IMG/VR virus record: IMGVR_UViG_3300020049_012431 | Location: 1 to 64,000 of that record | Reading direction: 5' to 3' (one strand) | Source of the DNA: a virus | Lineage: Duplodnaviria; Caudoviricetes | DNA length: 64,000 bases | Shown: in pieces, positions 7,688 to 16,223 of the stretch | Numbering within the stretch: the stretch's first letter is position 1 | How the letters are laid out: every line of letters starts with the position of its first letter | Position numbers and translations under genes: made by a program | The notes under the pieces: model-generated | Told to the model about the DNA's origin: nothing | Databases searched by the model: none | The model's input: only the letters and a program-made list of their open reading frames with translations

Positions 7688-8892
7688 AGTTATATATTAA
7701 CCATATAAAAACATTGAATAAAAAAAAATCAGTTCAGTTATTTTCTATGTTGAAAAAACATAAGGACAATAATTTGAGCCGCTCAGGGCATACAATGGTC
7801 AAGAAAAGTGTTCGCAATGCTCGCCTTTTATTAAAATTAATGAATTCTAGTGTTTATATATATTCAAACAAACGCAATTCTATTGAAGGAATTGAGGCTA
7901 GCAGCTTTTGCGGCGGACCGATCAGTCTTAGACTAGAAGAATATAAACAAGTAAAATTAGAACTGCGCGAAAAAATCAAACAAGCAAGACAAAAAAACCG
8001 AGAACTAAAAAGCGTCGAGCGTGAGTTTGGCGGAATTGAATATGAGACCGTCGGTGGTGTATTTTTAAAGACACAGACAATCATGGCGCTTGCTGGATCG
8101 GCACAAATTGAAAGAATGAATAAACCAAAAAAACCCACACAAGATGACAAGAGAACATTTGTTGGTGTTGAATTAGAATTAATCAGTAAATTATCTAGAG
8201 AAGATATGAAAAAAGCTTTAGCTAAACAATTACTTGGTGGTTATGTATACTTGAAAGATGACTCTAGTATTGCAAAGGAAAACGAGGGAGATAGGACACA
8301 TGAAATAACTGTGTTAGCGCCTCAAGACACAATCAAGGATGTAATTCGTCGATTGTGTTCTGTGTTAAATGATGATGCTGTAGGAAGCTATGTAAACAAT
8401 AGTTGCGGGCTACACGTTCATTTAGACGCTAGACACAGAGATAAAGCTGTTATGTTTAATAATTTGGTAAAAGCATTACCTATGCTTAAAAATCTAGTGC
8501 CACGTACTCGCACCATGAGCGAACAAGGTAATAGATATTGCCGAATGAATGAAACATCAACATTTGAGGACAGTAGCACTGATAGATATTTAGCTATTAA
8601 TGGTAGAAATGCTTTTGATAAATACCGTACTATTGAGGTTCGTATGCATAGCGGTAGCACTAATGCAGCAAAAATCAATAATTGGATAGACATCCTATGT
8701 TCATTAGTTGATGCACCATTGATTGCAACACCAATTCATAATGTGTATGAATATCAAAGTGTTATTGAATGCAGCAGCAAGTTATCAGAGTTTATTAGAG
8801 CACGTACAGAATTGTTTTGCGGAAAGATGGCCGCCGCTGTAGATACTAGAGCCGATCATTATTTTTATTCACAAGGGGATCTTTATGTGTAA
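7684..8892 (+). CDS. Putative amidoligase (COOH-NH2 ligase type 2) with N-terminal extension
   Basis: VGVELEL, KDDSSI, HEIT, SCGLHVHLD, RYLAIN, TIEVRMHSGS motifs. Confidence 0.85.
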   Translation: MKLYINHIKTLNKKKSVQLFSMLKKHKDNNLSRSGHTMVKKSVRNARLLLKLMNSSVYIYSNKRNSIEGIEASSFCGGPISLRLEEYKQVKLELREKIKQARQKNRELKSVEREFGGIEYETVGGVFLKTQTIMALAGSAQIERMNKPKKPTQDDKRTFVGVELELISKLSREDMKKALAKQLLGGYVYLKDDSSIAKENEGDRTHEITVLAPQDTIKDVIRRLCSVLNDDAVGSYVNNSCGLHVHLDARHRDKAVMFNNLVKALPMLKNLVPRTRTMSEQGNRYCRMNETSTFEDSSTDRYLAINGRNAFDKYRTIEVRMHSGSTNAAKINNWIDILCSLVDAPLIATPIHNVYEYQSVIECSSKLSEFIRARTELFCGKMAAAVDTRADHYFYSQGDLYV

Positions 8893-9826
8893 AGTATTAA
8901 TCATTCCATCCATTAAACATCAACAAGCTACAGCAGAATTTGTTGCTTTAATGGGACAAAAGATGACACATGGCAACAATGACGGTCTTGGTTATGCGGC
9001 AATCAATGCTTCTGGTGATTTATTCGGTGAGCGATGGTTCAAAAATGAAGATGCGTTTATATCTCAAAAAAATGATTCGCCGGGAATGAACTCGGTCAAA
9101 GCATGGGGACCAGCATTAAAGACTTTGCCAAGCTTGAACTTAAGCAATCGGTTTGGTGTGGGTTCTATTATAGATGCTGCTGCTATTACAGTACATACGC
9201 GCATGGCAACATGTGAAAAAAGTTTACGTAATGTACATCCTTTTGTTGACAATGAGTTTGACACAAGCGTCATCCACAACGGAGTAATTCGCAACGTAGA
9301 TGAATTTGATTTAAAACTTAGTACATGCGATAGCGAGAGTATCCTAATAAGTTATTTAGAGAATGGTGTAAATAAAGATATTAAAGCAGTACAGGATATG
9401 GTCGATGCCCTACAAGGATATTATGCTTGTGGTGTGTTTAGTAGGGATGCATCTGGTCAACGTATTTTAGATGTATTTAAGTATAACAACAATAACCTAG
9501 TGATTAGTTATGTTGATCAACTTGAAACATATGTCCTTGCTACCAGCATGGCCGATGTTGAGAGTGTATGTAAATACTTAGGATATACATTCAGTCCGGG
9601 GATTGATGTTTGTGATAACTTTCTAACAAGACTAAATCCATTTACTGGTGAGATAATTGAACAAATTCGATTTAATAGTCCAGCCTTTGTACCAAAAGCA
9701 CAAACCTATCCTACAGCTAAATACCAAGGATACACACAATATAAACCAAGTAAATACCAAGTTGATGAGGACTTATTACATCTCTGGACACTACCTAGTA
9801 CCATTAGAGAGATAACAGAACCATAG
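8885..9826 (+). CDS. Class II (Ntn) glutamine amidotransferase
   Basis: N-terminal MC, NNDGLG, HTRMAT, NVHPF, HNGVI, DSE motifs. Confidence 0.9.
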   Translation: MCKVLIIPSIKHQQATAEFVALMGQKMTHGNNDGLGYAAINASGDLFGERWFKNEDAFISQKNDSPGMNSVKAWGPALKTLPSLNLSNRFGVGSIIDAAAITVHTRMATCEKSLRNVHPFVDNEFDTSVIHNGVIRNVDEFDLKLSTCDSESILISYLENGVNKDIKAVQDMVDALQGYYACGVFSRDASGQRILDVFKYNNNNLVISYVDQLETYVLATSMADVESVCKYLGYTFSPGIDVCDNFLTRLNPFTGEIIEQIRFNSPAFVPKAQTYPTAKYQGYTQYKPSKYQVDEDLLHLWTLPSTIREITEP

Positions 9827-9836
9827 GAGACCGATT

Positions 9837-10163
9837 ATGTTTAAATTATTATTAATTATTTGGGTTCATTGGTTTTCTGATTTTGTTTTACAAACAGATA
9901 AAATGGCGACTAATAAAAGTACATCGCTTAAATGGTTAACAAGTCATGTTACAGTTTATACAATACCACTATTTTTATTTGGGTGGGAATTCGCCGTAAT
10001 TAATGGTATTTCTCATTTCATCATTGATTTTTGTACTTCAAGATGGACAAGCTATTTATATAAAAAAGGCGATAGGCATAATTTTTTTGTTGTAATTGGT
10101 ATTGATCAAGCGTTACATACCAGCATTCTAATATATACGGCTTTCCGTTTTTTAAAATTATAG
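9837..10163 (+). CDS. DUF3307-like membrane protein
   Basis: HWFSDFVLQT, HFIIDF and GIDQALH motifs with TM segments. Confidence 0.75.
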   Translation: MFKLLLIIWVHWFSDFVLQTDKMATNKSTSLKWLTSHVTVYTIPLFLFGWEFAVINGISHFIIDFCTSRWTSYLYKKGDRHNFFVVIGIDQALHTSILIYTAFRFLKL

Positions 10164-10173
10164 GAGACTAGTC

Positions 10174-10908
10174 ATGCTTTACATTGCGCCATATAAATTA
10201 GGAAGCGAAAGCGCTAAGGCTTTAGCTTTAGCTCTGAATGTCAAACGTATCACTGGCGAAAAACTTGTCACTCCGGGATCTATAGTGGTTAATTGGGGTA
10301 AGAGTGACTTGAGACAATTTGGTAGCAGCATTACTGTATACAATAAACCAGATGCGGTTAGTAGATCTTTAAATAAATTAGAAACATTCAAGACATTGAG
10401 CGTTGCTGATGTGCCTACGCTAGATTGGACAGAGGATAGGTTTGTTGTTATGGACTGGTTGAATGAAGGCCATCATGTCTATGCTAGAACTAATGTTATG
10501 TCAAGCCAAGGACGAGGTATCATTGTTGCAGGATTAGAGGACGCATTACCATATGCGCCTCTTTATACAAAAGGATTTAATAAAACACATGAATATCGAG
10601 TACACGTTGCGTTTGGTCAAGTCATAGATTTTTCAAAAAAGAAGAAAAGAATCGGTGTTGATGTTAGTGGTTTTATAAAAAATTCCAACAATGGATGGGT
10701 GTATTGTCGTCAAGATCTAGTGTTGCCCGATGCAGTAAAGACCGCTTGCATAAATGCTATAAAAGCTTTGGGTTTAGACTTTGGTGCCTTAGACGTTTTA
10801 TATAAAGAGCGAGATAATGAAGCTCGTATCGTCGAAGTAAACAGCGCACCGGGAATTGAAGGCACAACACTAAATGCCTATGTAAATATTTTTAGGGAGA
10901 ATATGTGA
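10174..10908 (+). CDS. ATP-grasp ligase (RimK/phiEco32-like)
   Basis: VVNWG, NKLETF, EYRVHV, GLDFGALDV, IVEVNSAPG motifs. Confidence 0.9.
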   Translation: MLYIAPYKLGSESAKALALALNVKRITGEKLVTPGSIVVNWGKSDLRQFGSSITVYNKPDAVSRSLNKLETFKTLSVADVPTLDWTEDRFVVMDWLNEGHHVYARTNVMSSQGRGIIVAGLEDALPYAPLYTKGFNKTHEYRVHVAFGQVIDFSKKKKRIGVDVSGFIKNSNNGWVYCRQDLVLPDAVKTACINAIKALGLDFGALDVLYKERDNEARIVEVNSAPGIEGTTLNAYVNIFRENM

Positions 10909-10928
10909 GAAAAAAATTAATCTGTAAA

Positions 10929-11447
10929 ATGAAACACTTCAAACTAAGAAAAGATTTAAAACTAGATGGTTTTGATATAACCTTATACCGTATTGAAGCC
11001 ATCAAAGCTGGACCTTGGGGACCAGCAGGCACCTTAGGCGGATGTGTAGAAAAAGAAAGCAATTTATCAGATAACGCATGGGTATATGATAATGCTAATG
11101 TATATGGTAATGCCCGAGTGTCTGGTAATGCGCAGGTATCTGGCAATGCATGGGTATCTGGCAATGCGAGAGTATATGACAATGCGGTGGTATCTGGTAA
11201 TGCGAGGGTATCTGATAATGTGCTGGTATATGGTAATGCGAGAGTATATGTTGATGCGGTGGTATCTGGTAATGCGAGGGTATCTGATAATGCACGGGTA
11301 TGTGGTAATGCGCAAGTATATGACAACGCACAGGTATTTGGTTATGCATCGGTATATGGTAATGCGCAGGTATCTGTCGATGCAATAGTATCTGGTGATG
11401 CGTGGGTATCTGGCTATGCGGTGGTATCTGGTAATGAACCGATATAA
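10929..11447 (+). CDS. Hexapeptide-repeat protein, paralog 2
   Basis: Same N-terminus as 6680 (MKHFKLRKDLK...GPWGP) followed by more xGNARV repeats. Confidence 0.85.
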   Translation: MKHFKLRKDLKLDGFDITLYRIEAIKAGPWGPAGTLGGCVEKESNLSDNAWVYDNANVYGNARVSGNAQVSGNAWVSGNARVYDNAVVSGNARVSDNVLVYGNARVYVDAVVSGNARVSDNARVCGNAQVYDNAQVFGYASVYGNAQVSVDAIVSGDAWVSGYAVVSGNEPI

Positions 11448-11464
11448 ATTAATAGGAGATAGTC

Positions 11465-12205
11465 ATGAGCAAAATATCAATTTTAAACGCAAAAAAAATA
11501 CCTACCAGCCGCCAAAATTATGTTGGCGTTGAGATAGAATTTTTAAGTCCATGGACTAGAGTGAATATTAAGAAGGCATTAATTAGTGCTAACCTACATC
11601 ACTTTGTTACAATAAAAAATGACGGCAGCGTTAGTAGGCACATGGATGACTGTCTTGGTTTTAATTGTGTATGCCCAAGTGGTGATGCTCACGAAATAAC
11701 ACTCCTGTCATCACAAAACGAATTAGAATATAATTTAATACTATTAAAATCGGTTTTAAACAAAATTAGAGCATGGACAAATGAATCATGCGGGCTACAT
11801 GTACACATTGACATGAGACAACGTGATATGAAAAAATCAGTAGATAGACTGCTAAAACAGCAAAATAGAATGAGAAAAATGGTTCATCCAGAAAGATTGG
11901 TTAATGAGTATTGTCGCCCATTATTAAAGTATGAGACAAACATGGATGAGTTTGATGATAGGTATAAAGATATTAATATAGTTGCATATAAAAAATTTGG
12001 TACAGTGGAAATTAGACTTCATGAAGGAACGATAGATACGAGCGATATTTATAATTGGTGTCGTTATTTAATAAACATAGTTGATGGTAAAAATTGGAGT
12101 AAGGCTTATGTTAAAAGAAAAACAAAAAGAAATAAGAGCATTCTTAAAAAACTCAGGAGCAGTGACAGAGAGCCATCTGTGGAGTTACTTTACTTCGACC
12201 GATGA
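11465..12205 (+). CDS. Second putative amidoligase (COOH-NH2 ligase type 2)
   Basis: VGVEIEF, DGSV, HEIT, SCGLHVHID, RYKDIN, TVEIRLHEGT motifs. Confidence 0.85.
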   Translation: MSKISILNAKKIPTSRQNYVGVEIEFLSPWTRVNIKKALISANLHHFVTIKNDGSVSRHMDDCLGFNCVCPSGDAHEITLLSSQNELEYNLILLKSVLNKIRAWTNESCGLHVHIDMRQRDMKKSVDRLLKQQNRMRKMVHPERLVNEYCRPLLKYETNMDEFDDRYKDINIVAYKKFGTVEIRLHEGTIDTSDIYNWCRYLINIVDGKNWSKAYVKRKTKRNKSILKKLRSSDREPSVELLYFDR

Positions 12206-12326
12206 CATCCTACAAAGACACGAAATAAGTAGTTTTCTTTATAAACTAGAAGCAAAAGGTATTATTGACATGCGCCGAATTGATGAGACTAATGTTGCAA
12301 TTTGGAAAAACAAGGTGGTAATGTAA
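12108..12326 (+). CDS. Small winged-helix-like protein overlapping the amidoligase 3' end
   Basis: GGAG SD before ATG 12108; LKEKQKEIRAFLK...ISSFLYKLEAKGII resembles a wHTH. Confidence 0.5.
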   Translation: MLKEKQKEIRAFLKNSGAVTESHLWSYFTSTDDILQRHEISSFLYKLEAKGIIDMRRIDETNVAIWKNKVVM

Positions 12327-12862
12327 TGTTCTTAGCTAAAACAATCATTTTAGGGTCATTGATGTGCAATGGATTCATAACAAATATTTTTGGCGATCCT
12401 AGGATGCCGATGAAACTTCCTGTACAAATGATTCTACATGAGTCATTTCCGAAAGAGCATATTCAGACCTTAAAAAACGCTATGGATGTTTGGAATAAGT
12501 CTAGTGGGAAAAAACTTTTAGTATTAAAAGAAGGTGTGACAAAAAACAAACAAGACCGTGATGGGTTTAATGTTATCTATTGGGAAACTAATTGGGATAA
12601 AGAAGAGAATTATGAAGGTCTCACTATGAATTATTTCTTAATGACACCAATAACAGAATCCGATGTAATTATCAATTCTCGTTATGTAACAAAAGAACAC
12701 ATTGACTTTGAAACGCTACTTATACATGAATTTGGTCATGTACTGGGCCTAGATCACAGCGAAGACAATGATAGCGTTATGTTGCCCACACTACCAGCAT
12801 ATACACAAAGACACGTATTAGGATGGCAAGATAAAAGTAATCTGAAATGTTTAGGGAGATAG
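12326..12862 (+). CDS. Matrixin-like (metzincin M10) zinc metalloprotease, probably exported
   Basis: HEFGHVLGLDH zinc motif plus SVM Met-turn; hydrophobic N-terminus. Confidence 0.85.
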   Translation: MFLAKTIILGSLMCNGFITNIFGDPRMPMKLPVQMILHESFPKEHIQTLKNAMDVWNKSSGKKLLVLKEGVTKNKQDRDGFNVIYWETNWDKEENYEGLTMNYFLMTPITESDVIINSRYVTKEHIDFETLLIHEFGHVLGLDHSEDNDSVMLPTLPAYTQRHVLGWQDKSNLKCLGR

Positions 12863-12863
12863 T

Positions 12864-13451
12864 ATGAACATACAACATTACTCAACAGCACTAGAATGTT
12901 ATAAATTAGATGATTTTATAAAAACACACCACTACTTAAAAAGCTTAAGTCGAGGAAATAAGCACTGCTTTGTTCTCTATGAAAACAATATTATAACTGG
13001 TGCGGCATTGTTTGGTAGCCCGGTCGGACCAAAAGTTAATGATAAGTATGGCGGAAACATCTTGGAATTAAAACGCTTTGTTATGATAGACGGTAAAAAC
13101 AATAGATGTAGTCAATTTCTGGGAGCGTGTATTCGATGGTTGAAAAAACATACAGATTATGATAAAATTATTTCATACGCTGATCCAGAACAGGGACATG
13201 AAGGGACAATCTACAAAGCAACAAACTTTTCATTTTTCGGGTTTCAAAAATACACAACACCTTATATAATGTATAAAGGAAAAAAGGTATATGCTAGAAA
13301 TATATATGGAAAACATAAAACAAACATTAAAATCCTTAAATGGAAAAAAGAAAACAATAAAAAAATTAAGTATGCCGAGCCTAAAAGTATTTTTCTTTTC
13401 AATTTGCGTAACACTTCCAGCAATAGCACAAAAGCGAGTACTTATAATTGA
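12864..13451 (+). CDS. Mom-like (GNAT-fold) DNA-modification protein
   Basis: LELKRF, SQFLGACIRWLK, ISYADPEQGHEGTIYKATNF. Confidence 0.8.
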   Translation: MNIQHYSTALECYKLDDFIKTHHYLKSLSRGNKHCFVLYENNIITGAALFGSPVGPKVNDKYGGNILELKRFVMIDGKNNRCSQFLGACIRWLKKHTDYDKIISYADPEQGHEGTIYKATNFSFFGFQKYTTPYIMYKGKKVYARNIYGKHKTNIKILKWKKENNKKIKYAEPKSIFLFNLRNTSSNSTKASTYN

Positions 13452-13992
13452 GGCTTATGGAAAGCCCGCAGCGTTTAGTGGTGTAGACGTGTCACTAAAT
13501 CAATCCCTGCGTGTTAGTGAACATGCAACAGCTATGTTTAAATTTGTAACAAAAGGTTCGTGTATCAAAGAGCCATGCAAACAGATTAATGCTGATGTTG
13601 TATTTTGTGGCTACTATACAGTAAAAGACTATGTTCATTGTTTAAATGTAATTCCTATTATAAAACCAAACATAGTAAATATGAGTTTATCTGGTTTGGA
13701 ACCGGTTGAGAATGAGAAAAAAATGATATTAGAGGCAGCAAAATACAGCACTATCCTTATTGCCGCAGGAAACAACGGATCAAATTACTTGGGTTACCCG
13801 GCGATTTATTCGATATATACAGATAAGATACTAGCTATTAGCGCTTTGAATGAATTCGGTGAAAGGTTAAAAACAAGTAATAAAACAAAGAATAGTATTG
13901 ACTTTTTAGGTATTGGGTATTATAATAACAAGAGAATGACGGGCACAAGTGTAGCAACAGCACTCTATACACATAAATTGGTAACACAATGA
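13372..13992 (+). CDS. Subtilase (S8)-like serine protease, probably exported
   Basis: IVNMSLSG, IAAGNNG, GYPA, GTSVAT motifs; signal-like N-terminus from ATG 13372. Confidence 0.75.
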   Translation: MPSLKVFFFSICVTLPAIAQKRVLIIEAYGKPAAFSGVDVSLNQSLRVSEHATAMFKFVTKGSCIKEPCKQINADVVFCGYYTVKDYVHCLNVIPIIKPNIVNMSLSGLEPVENEKKMILEAAKYSTILIAAGNNGSNYLGYPAIYSIYTDKILAISALNEFGERLKTSNKTKNSIDFLGIGYYNNKRMTGTSVATALYTHKLVTQ

Positions 13993-14097
13993 ACCCTTTA
14001 ATTTTACTTTTAATATATGTAGGTAACGCTTATTGGGTCTGTTGTTTTATTTATTATTTCTGGCAGCGGTGCAAAGGATTACCACACAAGGAAGCGT

Positions 14098-14589
14098 ATG
14101 AAAAAACTAACAGTAAATTTATTAACTAAAAACGATTACAATATCTTGCGACAGATTGTAAAACGCTTTACAAAAGACGATATGCGTACTGATGAACTGT
14201 TACACGTTGTATTGCTTCGATTACTTGAAAAAAATACTGAATTTAATCCCGGTATGTTTTATGTAGTTACTAGGAACGAATTAAGTAGACTAAAGCGTCA
14301 TAGAGACATACCAAGTGATGATGATTCTTTATTTGAACAAATAATAGAGACCAATTATATTTTAGATGGTTTTAAAAAATTAAGCACACATTGTATTTTT
14401 AATAAAACAGAAACAAAAGCGATCAATTGTATTGTTGATAAAAAACAGGATTTGCGTGATATAGATATTAAAAGGTCAACACTAAACTCTGCTGTTCGGT
14501 CTGTTATAAAAAAAATAAGAGAACAAAACAACATAGATGTATCATTACCTATATATATTGGAGGGAAAAACGGTGAGCACAAGAATTAG
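14098..14589 (+). CDS. Possible ECF-like sigma factor / transcription regulator
   Basis: DELLHVVLLRLLE...RNELSRLKR (region 2-like) and a C-terminal HTH-like segment (RSTLNSAVRSVIKKIR). Confidence 0.45.
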   Translation: MKKLTVNLLTKNDYNILRQIVKRFTKDDMRTDELLHVVLLRLLEKNTEFNPGMFYVVTRNELSRLKRHRDIPSDDDSLFEQIIETNYILDGFKKLSTHCIFNKTETKAINCIVDKKQDLRDIDIKRSTLNSAVRSVIKKIREQNNIDVSLPIYIGGKNGEHKN

Positions 14590-14845
14590 ATATATAAAAA
14601 ACCCAGACGGTAGTTTAGAATCTATGCAAGTGTTAAAACAAAATCTTAGCACAAATGAATATAAAGCCCTCATTAGTTCTGATGGATTACGAGGCAGAGT
14701 GATTGATGCCAAAACAAAAGAATTAATAAAAACAGTAAAAGGTACATCAGCACATAAGACAAAAATAGCACTTAAAGCAGCACTAAAGGCTTTAGATGTA
14801 CCTTTCTTGAATGAGCGAAGGGAGAAGCCCGATGGACAGGAGTGA
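14570..14845 (+). CDS. Hypothetical protein (probable GTG start near 14573)
   Basis: In-frame with track ORF 14537-14845; GGAGGG SD. Confidence 0.5.
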   Translation, partial: TVSTRIRYIKNPDGSLESMQVLKQNLSTNEYKALISSDGLRGRVIDAKTKELIKTVKGTSAHKTKIALKAALKALDVPFLNERREKPDGQE

Positions 14846-15122
14846 GCTGAGAGAAGCATATGATGTTGCTCTGAGTAAAATAAAAACATCGGTTCCCGGT
14901 TTCTATGAAACAAGCCAGGAACATGTTGCTCGATGTTGGTATGAAGCTATTATGGAAGTGATAGGGAGACGAAAATGAACAAAATATTAGGATTTGTGTG
15001 TCTGGTGCTATAGACTTTTTTATAAAAAATCAATGGATTCGACTCTCAGGGATCATAAAAACAAACGCGGTCAACCGTGCTACGGCAGATATGGAAGTTA
15101 CGTAAGAACGAAGTGGAGATAA

Positions 15123-15704
15123 ATGATGAATAAAAAAAAGATCACTGAGTTTATAAAATATATTTTCTTTTTTCAGCCTTACAGCGAGAGGGCGAATATG
15201 TTCTCTAATTTTTTTAGATGGCTAATCTTCACAACATCAACCGCAATTGTCGGACTGGTGGTTGTCGCAGTCTTTTTCAATTTTATTTCTGGATGCTTTC
15301 CAAAAATATACCGACCCCTTACTAAATGGGCGAACCGGCCACCAATACCTCTGACAAAATCATGTAGGTTTGTACCCCTTAGTGATGTCGACAACTCTCA
15401 ATCAAGTGCTTCAAAATTCTTGAAGTGGTACGATGTTCACTTCACATTGGATACGTCTACAGGAAGCACTTCACTAGCAGTGGCGTATGTGGAAGATATG
15501 CATTTTGTGCCTTATTTTCATGGACATCGAGCGAAGCCAAAGGCATCTGACCCGTCGCAGTTGCTCATCCCAAAAACGAATTTCAAAAACTCCGAGTTCA
15601 AGTTGACGGTTGTCCATGACTCTGAAGATGGAGAGTTAAGTCAGCTCGATTTTAGTTATAATGAGTGCCCGATCAAATTGGAATTTTTTGGAGGTGATAG
15701 ATGA
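15123..15704 (+). CDS. Membrane-anchored hypothetical protein
   Basis: 193-aa ORF, GGAG SD, one TM segment. Confidence 0.6.
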   Translation: MMNKKKITEFIKYIFFFQPYSERANMFSNFFRWLIFTTSTAIVGLVVVAVFFNFISGCFPKIYRPLTKWANRPPIPLTKSCRFVPLSDVDNSQSSASKFLKWYDVHFTLDTSTGSTSLAVAYVEDMHFVPYFHGHRAKPKASDPSQLLIPKTNFKNSEFKLTVVHDSEDGELSQLDFSYNECPIKLEFFGGDR

Positions 15705-16036
15705 AACTCTTAATACTTATAGTTCTTCCATTTGTGGGTTCTATCGCTACGGCACAGACGGCCGCAACGAAGACTTCAATTGAAAATAAAATGCAAAACC
15801 AAAAAACAAGCACGGTTTTCATATACGCTAGGTTTGGGGAGAAATTGTTTTGTGTCCCAAGAGAAAGTTTGAAACTGGACAACTTGGTCGGCATGAGAGA
15901 AGTGGCGATTTCAAACGTCAATGCCTTATTGTTAGCAAAATTTCCTGACATGTCTGGGTTAATTTATCTTTGGTGCTTTATTAGTGGGGGGATCTATGGT
16001 TTCGTCTCGGCAAGCGGCAAATCAAGAGTTAGTTGA
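15701..16036 (+). CDS. Putative secreted hypothetical protein
   Basis: Signal-peptide-like MKLLILIVLPFVGSIATAQ; GGAGG SD. Confidence 0.55.
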   Translation: MKLLILIVLPFVGSIATAQTAATKTSIENKMQNQKTSTVFIYARFGEKLFCVPRESLKLDNLVGMREVAISNVNALLLAKFPDMSGLIYLWCFISGGIYGFVSASGKSRVS

Positions 16037-16223
16037 TGTATTACAATATTTAGTGAGTACATATCCTGATTTAAGATTTAGTCAGATAATGAATGTCTGG
16101 GGATTTGTCAAAGAAGAGCGTCCAGCAAAATCGGAACTTAGTATTAGCTGGCAGAATGAATTTTATACTGAACCTAATGTTATATTAAAACGTGTTAAAC
16201 AAAGATTGGAGAATGACGTATGA
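15996..16223 (+). CDS. Hypothetical phage protein
   Basis: YPDLRFSQ...FYTEP pattern common in small phage proteins. Confidence 0.6.
   Translation: MVSSRQAANQELVDVLQYLVSTYPDLRFSQIMNVWGFVKEERPAKSELSISWQNEFYTEPNVILKRVKQRLENDV

Noticed and set aside
10892-11388. Several overlapping ORFs in other frames and strands
   Set aside because: They are by-products of the 18-nt periodic hexapeptide-repeat coding sequence
6680-11447. Diversity-generating retroelement template/variable repeat pair
   Set aside because: Both copies are intact coding N-termini, differences are not restricted to adenines, and there is no reverse transcriptase in the window
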